Shown here: in pieces, positions 10,487 to 20,832 of the stretch
Numbering within the stretch: position 1 is the stretch's first letter
Layout of the letters: every line of letters begins with the position of its first letter
DNA from: a cyanobacterium endosymbiont of Rhopalodia gibba
Lineage (GTDB): Bacteria > Cyanobacteriota > Cyanobacteriia > Cyanobacteriales > Microcystaceae
Length of the DNA stretch: 64,000 nucleotides
Reading direction: 5' to 3'
Assembly (NCBI GenBank): GCA_045159875.1
Contig: CP067995.1
Location: 896,001 to 960,000 of the forward strand
Notes under the pieces: model-generated
The model's database searches: none
Seen by the model: only the letters and a program-made list of their open reading frames with translations
What the model was told of the DNA's origin: nothing
Made by a program: the position numbers and the translations under genes

Positions 10487-12436
10487 TTAAGAGTTAACGA
10501 CCTGTTGAAAAAAGTCCTCCCTAGTAGGTTCATCCACAGGGAAAGCAATGGGAACTTCTTCGACTTCTGGTAAAGGCTTTACTACCAACTCTTTCAACTC
10601 CTTAGAAGATTTAATACCACCCGATAGGCGTTTAAGCAGTTTGGGACGAGGATCATGAAGTAGATAAATAATTTCATCGTCTTGCTGCCAATCTTGAGTT
10701 GCTTTAACCACCTGTAAGCTTCCTTGCCGTTTAATTAATAGAGGTAAGAGTTCTCCGGATCGAATCAAGGATTGAAAATGGGCTTGTTGTAGGGAAAGTC
10801 CAGGTTCTTTAAACTGGGTTTTCCCTAACTTCATTTGTTCTTCTCGTAAGTATTGATTCCAAGTTTTAATTAATTGTTGGTCTATGAAAGCTGCATTAAC
10901 TTTGCTTTTGTTGGTCGTAGAATTATTAGGTGTATTACTTGGAAAGACTGCAAATACTCTAGGGGGTTTAAATTCCTCCACAGCACGCTGAGCTAAGACG
11001 AGATTGACTTCTCCATTACTGGTCAAAGCCATAAAATTTCCCATTGAGTAAATCCCTGCTTGTTCTAGAACGTCAGGATCGAGTCCACTGCTTTGAAATA
11101 CTGATAAACCTTCAGCTTCAGCTTGCTGACATGCTTCAGGATCGGTATCAATTAACACAACAGACTCTCCCTGTTGTTGAAAAAGTCTTCCAATTAAGCG
11201 TCCTATGTCATTACCCCCGACAATAACTGCCCCTGTAGCCTCTATAGAATTAATCTTTAATGCTTGGGCAACCCAACGGGCTGATAATCCTTGAAGAAAG
11301 ACAGTCATCATAATTGTTAAGAACACTAGAGCTTTAATTGACTCTCCACCGTTAATTCCTTTTTCTGTTAGTAAAATAGCAAATAGAGAAGCAACAGATG
11401 CCGAAACAATCCCTCGTGGGGCAATCCAAGCTAAAAAGAGTTTTTGTCGCCAATGAAGATCACTGTTCCATGTACACAGGGCAACACTAATTGGTCTGAC
11501 CACTAACATCAGGATGAGAACGGTGAACACACTCCCCCATCCCAAGGCAAAAATACTGTCAATGGAAAGATCAGCTGCCAAAAGAATGAAGAGAACTGAG
11601 ACACAAAGAACGGTTAATTGTTCTTTAAACCGCCGTAATAAACGTTCTTCTGGGACAGAGGAAGCTCTAACCACAATCCCGGCAACCACAGTAGCCATCA
11701 ACCCCGATTCACTGAGACTGAATTGAGCTAGACCAAACAATCCCCAGACTCCCGCTAAAACTACTAGATTTTTTAAATCTTCTGAGATAAAACTGGTATT
11801 TTTGAGGATAAAGCCTAGTAAAGCTCCACTAAGTCCTCCAATAATTGCCCCAATCCCTAATCGTAAAAGAACGCTGCTAAAAATTTCTACCGGACTAGCA
11901 TTACTGTTCAGAATAGTATCTAAAACTACCACTGCTAAGATGGCTCCTACTGGATCAATGAGAACTCCTTCGCTTTCGAGAAGAGTAGCCACTTGACGAT
12001 CCACTGAAACCTGTTTAAGTAAGGGACTAATCACTGTAGGTCCAGTAACTACCACTAATGCCGCGTAGAGAAAAGCGATGGACCAGGGAAATTCCGCCAA
12101 CCAATGGGCTGCCATACCGCCACCAATTAAGGTAATAAGAATACCAATGGTAACGAGATTTTGCAAGCTACCTGATACTTTTCCTAAATCTCGCAGTTCT
12201 AGGCTTAATCCTCCTTCGAATAAAATAATAGCCACAGATAAGGCAACCAAAACTTCTAGTCCTACTCCTAGTTGATGAGGATAGAGAAATTTAAAGACAT
12301 CAGGTCCAAGTAAAATTCCAAACAATAGCAAAAAAACAATACTTGGGACCTTGAAAAATTCAGCGGTCACTTGAGCAGCAATGCCACCAAGAACAGCGAT
12401 CACAATTTGCAGGGTCAGTTGAAACGATCCTTCCAT
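10487..12436 (-). CDS. NhaP-type cation/H+ antiporter with C-terminal TrkA-N (RCK) domain
   Basis: Many TM helices, ILFEGG, VTGPTVI, ESEGVLIDP and APRGIVSAS motifs; GxGxxG-like VIVGGNDIGRLIG domain. Confidence 0.9.
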   Translation of the reverse strand: MEGSFQLTLQIVIAVLGGIAAQVTAEFFKVPSIVFLLLFGILLGPDVFKFLYPHQLGVGLEVLVALSVAIILFEGGLSLELRDLGKVSGSLQNLVTIGILITLIGGGMAAHWLAEFPWSIAFLYAALVVVTGPTVISPLLKQVSVDRQVATLLESEGVLIDPVGAILAVVVLDTILNSNASPVEIFSSVLLRLGIGAIIGGLSGALLGFILKNTSFISEDLKNLVVLAGVWGLFGLAQFSLSESGLMATVVAGIVVRASSVPEERLLRRFKEQLTVLCVSVLFILLAADLSIDSIFALGWGSVFTVLILMLVVRPISVALCTWNSDLHWRQKLFLAWIAPRGIVSASVASLFAILLTEKGINGGESIKALVFLTIMMTVFLQGLSARWVAQALKINSIEATGAVIVGGNDIGRLIGRLFQQQGESVVLIDTDPEACQQAEAEGLSVFQSSGLDPDVLEQAGIYSMGNFMALTSNGEVNLVLAQRAVEEFKPPRVFAVFPSNTPNNSTTNKSKVNAAFIDQQLIKTWNQYLREEQMKLGKTQFKEPGLSLQQAHFQSLIRSGELLPLLIKRQGSLQVVKATQDWQQDDEIIYLLHDPRPKLLKRLSGGIKSSKELKELVVKPLPEVEEVPIAFPVDEPTREDFFQQVVNS

Positions 12437-12747
12437 AGGCTTACTTCAGTGGCCGGCAATATTTAAGGGGACGATTACTATCGATTACTTTTAGCTTCAA
12501 ATTAATAGCTTATTGCAGCTTCAATTTTTCCTTAAATATTAAAATAATAGGACTTTACAGTTTCATAGTCACTCTGGGTATTCTAACATTTAGATTCTAG
12601 AAGCCGTCATCGAATCAACAATTAAATTAAATGATGGACTGATACTAGATATTGAATCCGATAAATGTGATTGGTTCAGCTTCTAGGGAACACTCGATCA
12701 TCCTAGTATTTTTTTTGTCTCTTATCTATCACCTTTATCTCCCTAAG

Positions 12748-14370
12748 ATGAATCATCTGACATTTGTTTGGAATAAATCACAGGACCAAGGACCACCAGA
12801 AAATCACTGGCGAGAATTCTCGGTTTGGACTGGATTATTCTTAGCAGCTTTCCCCCTGTTTAGTTTCAATTTAGCGTCCCCTTTTCTCGATGGGCAAGAA
12901 AGTTTAATAGCTCAGATGGCCAAGGAAATGGTAAGTAATAACTTTTTATCGGGTAGATGGCTTTTTCCGACTCTTTGGGGTGAATTTTATCATCAGCACC
13001 CTCCCTTAGGTATTTTTTTTATTGCTCTTACTTACCTTTGGGGAGGGATCGGAGAAGAAACAACCCGCTTGTCAGGTGGAATACTAGCTGCTCTTTCCAT
13101 TCCCTTGCTCTATGGTCTAGGACGTGAGGCGTTTGGTAGACGAATGCCAGCTTTGTTTTCCGCTTTAATTTTTTTAACCCTATTTCCTGTAGTACGCCAA
13201 GGGCGGTCAGCTTGGTTGGATGGAGCAGTTATTTGTTTTGAAATTCTAACAATGTGGTGCGTTTTGCGATCACGCCGAGATCTTCGTTGGTCTATTGGGG
13301 TAGGTTTAAGTCTTTCATGTTTATTCCTCACCCAAGGAGTCATGAGCTTATGTGTGAGTGTTGCTATTTTGCTTTTTCTGGGATGGGATACCCCACGACT
13401 ATTAAACAGTGACTATTTTTGGCTAGGAATTATCCTAGGTTTAATACCAGCGATCACTTGGTATTGTTGTCAATGGATCTTGTTTGGTTCAGCCTCGATT
13501 GAGGGAATCTTTCTAGTTCCTTTTCAAGAACACCAAGGACTGTTTCGAGAATTATGGAGTTTTTATGGGCTACAATTTGTAACTTTTTCCTTGCCTTGGT
13601 TGATTTTTGCCTATTCTGGCTTGGAGTTAGCCAGAAAATCTTTGATATGGGGATGGGCAAAATTAATTTTAGTTTGGGGCGGCAGTTATTTAATAATTTT
13701 TACTTTGTTACCCTTGCCTGGGATAAGCTATCTGACATCTCTTTATCCTCCTTTGGCTTTAGCCGGTGGACTTGTATTGGCAGAAGTTTTTGATGGTCCA
13801 AGAAAACTCCTTTATCCCAAATTTTGGAGAATAGCTTTATTTATTTTATCCGGGTTAGTTAGTTTAAGTTTTTTCGGGTTTTGGCTTAATTTTCCTGTCA
13901 ACTTTGGTAATTTATCATACCGTTTGTTTTTAATATTAGCTTTGGCTGTTGCAGCTTCCACTTTTGCTACAGCAGCAATTCTCATCACTTGTCGCAATCG
14001 TCAGTTTATCATCATATTGTTTTGGGGAATGTATGTGTCGTTAATGTTGTTGGTAAATTCTCCCTACTGGAATGGGGAAATTCAGTCTCAGAAATTCATT
14101 CAACCCTTAGCGCAGATGTTAAGGAATAAAGTTCCTCCCCACAAGGTAGTATATGCCGATTTAACACAAGAGAATCAAGCGTTAAATTTTTATAGCGATC
14201 ATCATGTTATCCCAACAACTCCTGAAACTCTTTTGCGATACTGGCATACTCTACCTGAGCCCTATTTTCTCATTACCTTAGAAACTTGGCAAAAACTTCC
14301 CCTGGAATATGTTCACCCATTGGATGAAGTCTTTTCTAATTGGTATTTAATTACCAGAATTCAAAATTAA
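12748..14370 (+). CDS. Glycosyltransferase family 39 (ArnT/PMT-like membrane transferase)
   Basis: Multi-TM protein with AQMAKEM, WLFPTLWG..Y.QHPPL and TTRL motifs; likely ATG at 12748. Confidence 0.8.
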   Translation: MNHLTFVWNKSQDQGPPENHWREFSVWTGLFLAAFPLFSFNLASPFLDGQESLIAQMAKEMVSNNFLSGRWLFPTLWGEFYHQHPPLGIFFIALTYLWGGIGEETTRLSGGILAALSIPLLYGLGREAFGRRMPALFSALIFLTLFPVVRQGRSAWLDGAVICFEILTMWCVLRSRRDLRWSIGVGLSLSCLFLTQGVMSLCVSVAILLFLGWDTPRLLNSDYFWLGIILGLIPAITWYCCQWILFGSASIEGIFLVPFQEHQGLFRELWSFYGLQFVTFSLPWLIFAYSGLELARKSLIWGWAKLILVWGGSYLIIFTLLPLPGISYLTSLYPPLALAGGLVLAEVFDGPRKLLYPKFWRIALFILSGLVSLSFFGFWLNFPVNFGNLSYRLFLILALAVAASTFATAAILITCRNRQFIIILFWGMYVSLMLLVNSPYWNGEIQSQKFIQPLAQMLRNKVPPHKVVYADLTQENQALNFYSDHHVIPTTPETLLRYWHTLPEPYFLITLETWQKLPLEYVHPLDEVFSNWYLITRIQN

Positions 14371-15028
14371 GTCTTTGGATACAATTCAAGTTAACTATAA
14401 GCCCAAAAAAATTCAAAAAAATGTAAATTTTCATTAATTTTAGTATAAAGTCGTTTATTTTATATCCGACGACTAATGAATCCTATAAGTCCTTTATTGA
14501 CTTATAGGACTTTCCAAAATTAAGTATAATTGAGTTTATTAGGAAAAATATTAGTTTAATGAGATTTTCTTTACAAACTTATTAGATTTAGTTAAGCCAT
14601 AAGTTTGTATTTTAATCAATTTAATTTTTTATTGATATCTTCCACCACTCGTTGGGAAGTTTAAGTGTTAAAATAGACCTTGATTTTGTAAGTACATCCA
14701 TTTACTAGTTTAAAACTTTTCATAAAATTTTAACAAGTAGTTTCTGTCCATTATAGAAATTGATTGAAAACTTCATCACTCGTCACTCATTGTTCTTGTT
14801 TCAACAACATCTCTCATCTTCTCGATGTCATTTGAATTTTAATAAGAAACAAAACACTACTTCTCGCATAAAGCTGCGACTTTTTTTATCTCCATAAATT
14901 TCCGTCAAACTAAGTTTAAGTAGGCTAGGTTGCGCATAAGATTTATTTTGAACAGAAACTAATAAGTCTTCATTAGTGCCGTAATCTGCAGAATTAGCCA
15001 TCACATTAAATCATATTGAAAATTACTA

Positions 15029-15074
15029 AAATTTTCATAATTGCTACCAATGAAGGTGGCAATTATGAAAATTT
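15029..15074 (-). terminator. Long hairpin just downstream of glnA (probable terminator)
   Basis: aaattttcataattgc-tacc-aatgaa-ggtg-gcaattatgaaaattt, about 17 nt after the glnA stop. Confidence 0.75.
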
Positions 15075-15091
15075 AACTATTTGATAAAAGC

Positions 15092-16513
15092 TTAGACATC
15101 ATAGTACAAAGCAAACTCGTAAGGATGAGGACGTAACCGTAAAGGGTTAACTTCATTATCAAGCTTGTATTCAATCCAACTCTCGATAAAATCTTTAGTG
15201 AAAACTCTCGTATTCGTTAAGAATGTCTGGTCCTTTTCGAGAGCTTCTAGCGCTGCTTCAAGAGAGCCTGGAGTTGAGGGAATCTTACTTAACTCTTCAA
15301 GGGTGAGATCATAGATATCCACGTCTAAAGACTCCCCTGGATCAATTTCATTCTTAATCCCATCAATTCCTGCACATAGCATCGCTGCAAACGCCAGATA
15401 GGGGTTGCATGTGGCATCAGGACATCGGAATTCCAACCGTTTAGCTTTAGGGTTGGGTCCAGATAAAGGAATACGAATAGAAGCAGAACGGTTTCCTTGA
15501 GAATAAGCTAAATTAACAGGAGCTTCAAACCCAGGAACTAGACGTTTATAAGAGTTAGTGGTGGGATTAGTAAACGCTAACAAAGCAGGAGCGTGTTTAA
15601 GGATACCACCAATGTAATTTAAAGCCATTTTGCTCAAATTCGCGTAACCATCCCCCCAGAACAGTGGCTGTCCATTTTTCCATATAGACTGGTGAGTGTG
15701 CATCCCAGAACCATTGTCATTAAACAAAGGTTTGGGCATAAACGTCACGGTTTTACCATATTTCCTGGCTACATTTTTAATGACATACTTGTAGGTCATT
15801 AAGTAATCTGCCGCTTCAACAAGGGTAGCAAAACGAAACCCTAATTCGTTTTGTCCTCCTGTAGCTACTTCGTGGTGGTGTTTCTCAATTGGAACTCCAC
15901 ACTTAGCCATAGTTAGCAGCATTTCTGTCCGCATATCCTGTAGAGTATCTGTCGGAGGTACAGGAAAGTAACCCTGTTTGTAGCCAGGTTTATAAGCGAG
16001 GTTTCCACCGTCCTCTTTTCGTCCCGTATTCCAGCGTCCTTCCACGCTGTCTATGTAGTAATATCCCTTACTCTCAGTTTGGTCAAAACGAACATCATCG
16101 AAGACAAAAAATTCAGCTTCAGGTCCAAAAAAAGCAGTATCGCCAATTCCTGTAGTTTTGAGGAATTCAACCGCTTTAGCAGCAATGGTACGAGGATCGC
16201 GGTTGTACCATTCTCCTGTACGAGGTTCCTTAATACTACAAATTATACTGATGGTGGGTTCCTCATAAAAGGGGTCGATCCAAGCCGTCGTCGGATCGGG
16301 AACCATTACCATATCAGACTCGTTGATGGCTTTCCACCCCCGAATACTCGAACCGTCGAAGGGAACCCCATCGACAAAAGAACTTTCGTCAATTTGATCG
16401 TAGTAGAATGAGCAATGTTGCCAAATACCTGGGGTATCAATGAATTTCAGGTCAACAATTTTTATGCTGTTGTCTTGAATTATTTTCAAGACTTCTTGAG
16501 GGGTTTTAGCCAT
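15092..16513 (-). CDS. glnA: Glutamine synthetase type I
   Basis: [57 protein letters not shown] and [13 protein letters not shown] motifs. Confidence 0.99.
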   Translation of the reverse strand: MAKTPQEVLKIIQDNSIKIVDLKFIDTPGIWQHCSFYYDQIDESSFVDGVPFDGSSIRGWKAINESDMVMVPDPTTAWIDPFYEEPTISIICSIKEPRTGEWYNRDPRTIAAKAVEFLKTTGIGDTAFFGPEAEFFVFDDVRFDQTESKGYYYIDSVEGRWNTGRKEDGGNLAYKPGYKQGYFPVPPTDTLQDMRTEMLLTMAKCGVPIEKHHHEVATGGQNELGFRFATLVEAADYLMTYKYVIKNVARKYGKTVTFMPKPLFNDNGSGMHTHQSIWKNGQPLFWGDGYANLSKMALNYIGGILKHAPALLAFTNPTTNSYKRLVPGFEAPVNLAYSQGNRSASIRIPLSGPNPKAKRLEFRCPDATCNPYLAFAAMLCAGIDGIKNEIDPGESLDVDIYDLTLEELSKIPSTPGSLEAALEALEKDQTFLTNTRVFTKDFIESWIEYKLDNEVNPLRLRPHPYEFALYYDV

Positions 16514-16549
16514 GGACGGACTCCTATTTTATTCAGCCTCAAACCACCA

Positions 16550-16591
16550 ACCCTAAAGATAGGTCACAAGATATTTTGTATTCCATGATAC
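16550..16591 (-). promoter_or_regulatory. Canonical NtcA-activated promoter of glnA
   Basis: Minus strand reads GTA-tcatggaa-TAC (16591-16578), 22-nt spacer, then TAGGGT (-10 box, TAN3T; 16555-16550). Confidence 0.9.
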
Positions 16592-17257
16592 AGGCATTCT
16601 TGTTTAAATCTGTAGATAATGCAAAGTTTTGAAGCTACTCTGCAACCTGAGTAGTCGGACATAAATGGACAACACTATGTTAACGCGAATTTGACAAGTT
16701 TTGAAAATATTTTTATTTTTCTCTTATTTCGCAGAACATACTCATATTATTTCGCAATAACCCCATTAACCCGATTTTGTTCCATCCGTAAATTATTATA
16801 TGAACTATGGAGGAAGCCACTTTTAAATAGATGGCAATTTTTTCCACCTTCTACCTCGTTGCTAATAATCTAATTGCATTAGCTTTACATTGTGTTTTTT
16901 CAGAAATTTTATCAACTTTAATTAACTCACATACAGTTTTTTTAAACTTCGCCTTGAGAAACACTCTTAAAATAAAAAAAACATTAGTTAATCAGAGTTT
17001 TTGCAGCTAACTTTATTACCATAACTTTGGTGCCTATATCATGGCAAGTGTTTTTAAATTTGCAACATATTCCAATATATTAATTTATGTTCCACTTTAT
17101 TTAAAAAAAAAGACTAAATTTTTTTCAAAAAGTGTTTCAAGTATTTAACATTTTTATTATTGTTTTAACAAAACTTAAGCGGTTAATTTCAATAAAGGTT
17201 TAGCTTTGTGAGATGACACACAAGAAAAAACACTAAACTTCATAGTAGTACATAAAA

Positions 17258-17770
17258 AAAATTGACGCAGTTATTAATCTAATTAGAAATGATGATCTAA
17301 CCGTAGGTTATATAATATAGATTGGAACCCGATGAATAGGCTTAAGGACTATTGATCTGATATAGTTTGCATCAGTATGACTGCGGTTGTTAATGCCAAT
17401 CCTCCTGAAGTTTTAAGACAAGCGAGACTTCGATTATTTGAATAAGTATCTGAATTAGTTTTTTCTGAAATAAATACTTATAAAAATCTTTCTTGTTCAG
17501 CTTTTCTAGAGTATATAGATTATTATCTACTCTATACTAGTTATGCTTTGGTATTTAGTAATTTCAATGTTCTTGATAAACGGGTATTGCGAGAATTGTA
17601 CAATACTTATGACTTTTTGAGAGCTTTCGTTAGCTCAACAATTAAGGAAATCTAAATTATGAAAGACATAGCAAAAAGTATAGTGGCTGATATTGGGGTT
17701 AAAGATATTTCATTCTATTGATAAATTCTCCGATCACAGAATTCTTAATCTTAGTAAAATTTCTGTTTAA
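17258..17770 (+). pseudogene. apcF: Allophycocyanin beta-18 subunit pseudogene
   Basis: Fragments DAVINLIRNDDLT, VVNANPPEVLRQARLRLFE*VSEL, SAFLEYIDYYLLYTSYALV and NVLDKRVLRELYNTY match ApcF; lies divergent from glnA, a pairing seen in other cyanobacteria. Confidence 0.85.
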
Positions 17771-17921
17771 GCTCGTTAAAAATTAATGAGATTCTTAGAG
17801 ACGATCACTATTTCTAACTCAACAGTAATTACTTTTCTAAATCAAAAAATACTGTTAGGATGTAGACTTAGTGTAACTAAAATTATTTGAGAAGCACCCA
17901 GTTTGAACATTAGGACCATCT

Positions 17922-18236
17922 ATGGAAGTTAAACGAAAACTAATGGTAGCTACCCCCTCGGCTACGCCCAAAGGGTCAACCTCAGTTATACGGAATGTTT
18001 ACCCTAACTATAAAGTTATAGTACTTAATGATGATTTCAATACTTTTGAGCATGTTGCTAACTGCTTAATGAAGTACATACCGAACATAACTGGTGATCG
18101 TGCTTGGGAACTGACATACCAAGTTCATTATGAGGGACAGGCAATTGTCTGGGTCGGTCCTCAAGAGCCTGCCGAACTTTATCACCAGCAGTTACGGCGA
18201 GAAGGATTAACTATAGCTCCTTTAGAAGAAGCTTAA
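17922..18236 (+). CDS. clpS: ATP-dependent Clp protease adaptor ClpS
   Basis: YKVIVLNDDFNTFEHV, VHYEGQAIVW and GLTIAPLE motifs; start may be ATG 17943. Confidence 0.95.
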   Translation: MEVKRKLMVATPSATPKGSTSVIRNVYPNYKVIVLNDDFNTFEHVANCLMKYIPNITGDRAWELTYQVHYEGQAIVWVGPQEPAELYHQQLRREGLTIAPLEEA

Positions 18237-18240
18237 GATT

Positions 18241-18570
18241 ATGTCCAAATCTAAAGGGCGGCTTGTTTGGAATCATTCAACTCACCTTCAAGGACTGATT
18301 CCTATCCTTGAAAAGCTGATTAATTGCACTGGGATTATTACAGTTACTCCAGGAGTAATCAGCCGTTCTAAGAGTCACTATCCTTATTTAAAGTTACGGA
18401 TCTCTGTTCCCGTTCGTGGCGGTCATAAGGTGATCGCGAGACAAGGAAAAACGGTTCAAGAAGTCTTTATCGTTACAAAGTTAAGTCGTCAAGAATTGGA
18501 AACTGCTATCAACACAGTTCTTGAAATAGCGTCTAACAGAAAAAGTAACACTCCTCACATAAGTCAGTGA
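18241..18570 (+). CDS. DUF2103 family protein
   Basis: GRLVWNHSTHLQGLIPILEKL, TPGVI and RGGHKVIARQGKTVQEVFI motifs; directly follows clpS. Confidence 0.8.
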   Translation: MSKSKGRLVWNHSTHLQGLIPILEKLINCTGIITVTPGVISRSKSHYPYLKLRISVPVRGGHKVIARQGKTVQEVFIVTKLSRQELETAINTVLEIASNRKSNTPHISQ

Positions 18571-19672
18571 CGTTAACTAGTGTTTCATAATATGGATAGT
18601 CATAAATTCTTCCAACCTACTGAACTCTGACGAGTTCGACATCAAAAATTGAGTTTTAACTCACTATGAGATAATTGGCACCAAACCTAATTTTTTAATC
18701 ATAAGTATCAGTAACAATTCCTGAGATAACTTGATTTTTTGTTTGACAAATTAGTAATTGTCAATTTACTGCAATTACTAGTTTTTTTAAAGAGGGTCCA
18801 TAAGCTCGACTTTAGGAAATGTAACAGTTATATTTTCCGCTTAACTTATGTTAATAAGTGTCTTTTCGAACTCGATTATAATGTCACTTCAACCTAAAGA
18901 AAATTTCATAGGATCACAGTTAACTAAAGAATTGAAGTTAGAACAATTTTGTATTTATTTAACCTTTTTGTAAAGATGAGGTTATTTATGTTAAGAAAAT
19001 ATTATTCATTCAATGAAATCACTTTTTCTAAAAATTGAACTTATCCTGATTACAGTTAATTATTCTTAAAGGGCATATAATTATTTTATTTATTCAGATT
19101 TCTTTTTAAAAAAATAATTAAACATTCAAAATGTCATTTGTATTGCTTGAATTAGTATTCTTATAATTCCCTCTTAAAGGAGATTTTGTTTTATTACCTT
19201 AGCTAAATAGCATTTAGCTTCAAATATATTTATGATAATCTAATGAGCTTTTACTTGACATCGTTCCCTTCTATTATATTTATCTATGTACGATAATTTA
19301 ATCTAAACAATAGATAAAGTATTTTTTTATATTGTTTTAATTTTGGGTTTTATTTAATTAATAAAACATTACTATTTTTTTATGGTTGTGATTCAATCGC
19401 TTTTGTTACTACTATCATTAATTCACATTCATCTTAAACGTCTTATTAACTAATCAATAATTAACCTAAATTTAATATTTTAATTATTTAAAAAAGAAGA
19501 TGATTAGAGAGTAAAACTGTTAAGCTTACTTTGAATTTTTACCAAAATTTTATTTTTTATATTTTAATTGAATTGGTAATCATCTAAATAAAAATTTTAA
19601 TTACCAAATAAAACTATTCTAGTTAAAACTAAAATACTAGTTACTCTTCTTCATCTTTGCCTATAGAAATAT

Positions 19673-19720
19673 ATATTAATTTATTAAAATTAAAAATTTT
19701 TAATTTTAATAAATTAATAT
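19673..19720. repeat. Perfect 48-bp A/T-only palindrome
   Basis: atattaatttattaaaattaaaaa|tttttaattttaataaattaatat. Confidence 0.95.
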
Positions 19721-20129
19721 CTGTTATTTAATTGAACGCAATTTTTGATATATGAAATATTATGTATAGATATACAGGACATACATAAATATTATTTTTA
19801 TATAACTTAATGATATTCACTCATTAAACTCAATATAAGCAGGAGACCTATCTAGAAAATTAGATTACAGATAAGAATTATAGAGAAAAATCAGTAACTG
19901 ACTTTTAGTTTAGAGATCAAGCTATTCCTAGTTAAGAGAATAAAAATTCAGTTAGTCCTAAATTTTTTAAATAAAGAAGTTCAATTGAAACAATTTTAAG
20001 AAAGTACAGAATTCAGGAAATAAGTAGATAAACAATAGAATTAAGTCGAATGTATTTATAGGATTATTGAGCTGTACAAGCGGAATTAATATATGATATA
20101 GTGTATTCAATTTAGAAAGCGATTAACTT

Positions 20130-20400
20130 AAATGAGTTATGATTCCATTTTCGCATAGCAGATAAATTAGGGAAAACTTTTTTGCATATCAGGGTAAAAT
20201 GTAAATGTTTCCATCCTCGATAAGCCTGTTGAATAATTGAGGGTCATATTTTAGTATTTGCAATAGCAGGTGTTTGAATGTGTTCGAGCTCTAGTAAAAA
20301 AAAAGTGCATGGTTACGCCTCCGGTATACTTGCTAACCTTTGTAGGTTCAATTTTTCCCAATGTTCTTTATCATAATTAATGAGGAGATAAAGCAAGATA
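20130..20400 (-). pseudogene. Unidentified gene relic
   Basis: Higher-GC patch translating HWEKLNLQRLASIPEA*..ELEHIQTPAIANTKI*PSIIQQAYRGW..KVFPNLSAMRKWN; family not recognised. Confidence 0.35.
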
Positions 20401-20832
20401 GTTAAAAGGTAGTTAATGAATAAAGTGAACAGTATTTACTCTCATTATTTATAAGATACAATAAAAAAATTTTGAGAAGTGGCGATTAAAACTCAGTATA
20501 TACAAGTAAATTTTTTAGTTCCTAGCAAAGTTGTAGGATGTGTAAAGTATTTATATAAAAACAGTGTTTATCAAAAACGTAGAGGTATAAAATAATCTTG
20601 ACAAGATAGTTGTTGTTGATATCTAGACGAGGAATTGTGCAATTAATACAACTTCAAGATATCTTGTGATTTTAGTAAAAGATATACAAATACTCGACTT
20701 TTTAACCTTGACATTAACTACAATATTGTTGCCTCATTTAAAATTTATTTTATAGATGAGTAAGAACTAATCATTCAGTTTACAGAAGGTAAGTTAGTAA
20801 CAATTGAATAATTGTAAGTCTATATCAATCTA

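Noticed and set aside
11044..13997. Short ORFs overlapping the antiporter and GT39 genes (and similar ones inside glnA, ybaB, GST, nblS and fmt)
   Set aside because: Antisense or alternative-frame shadows of well-supported genes, with no recognisable motifs.
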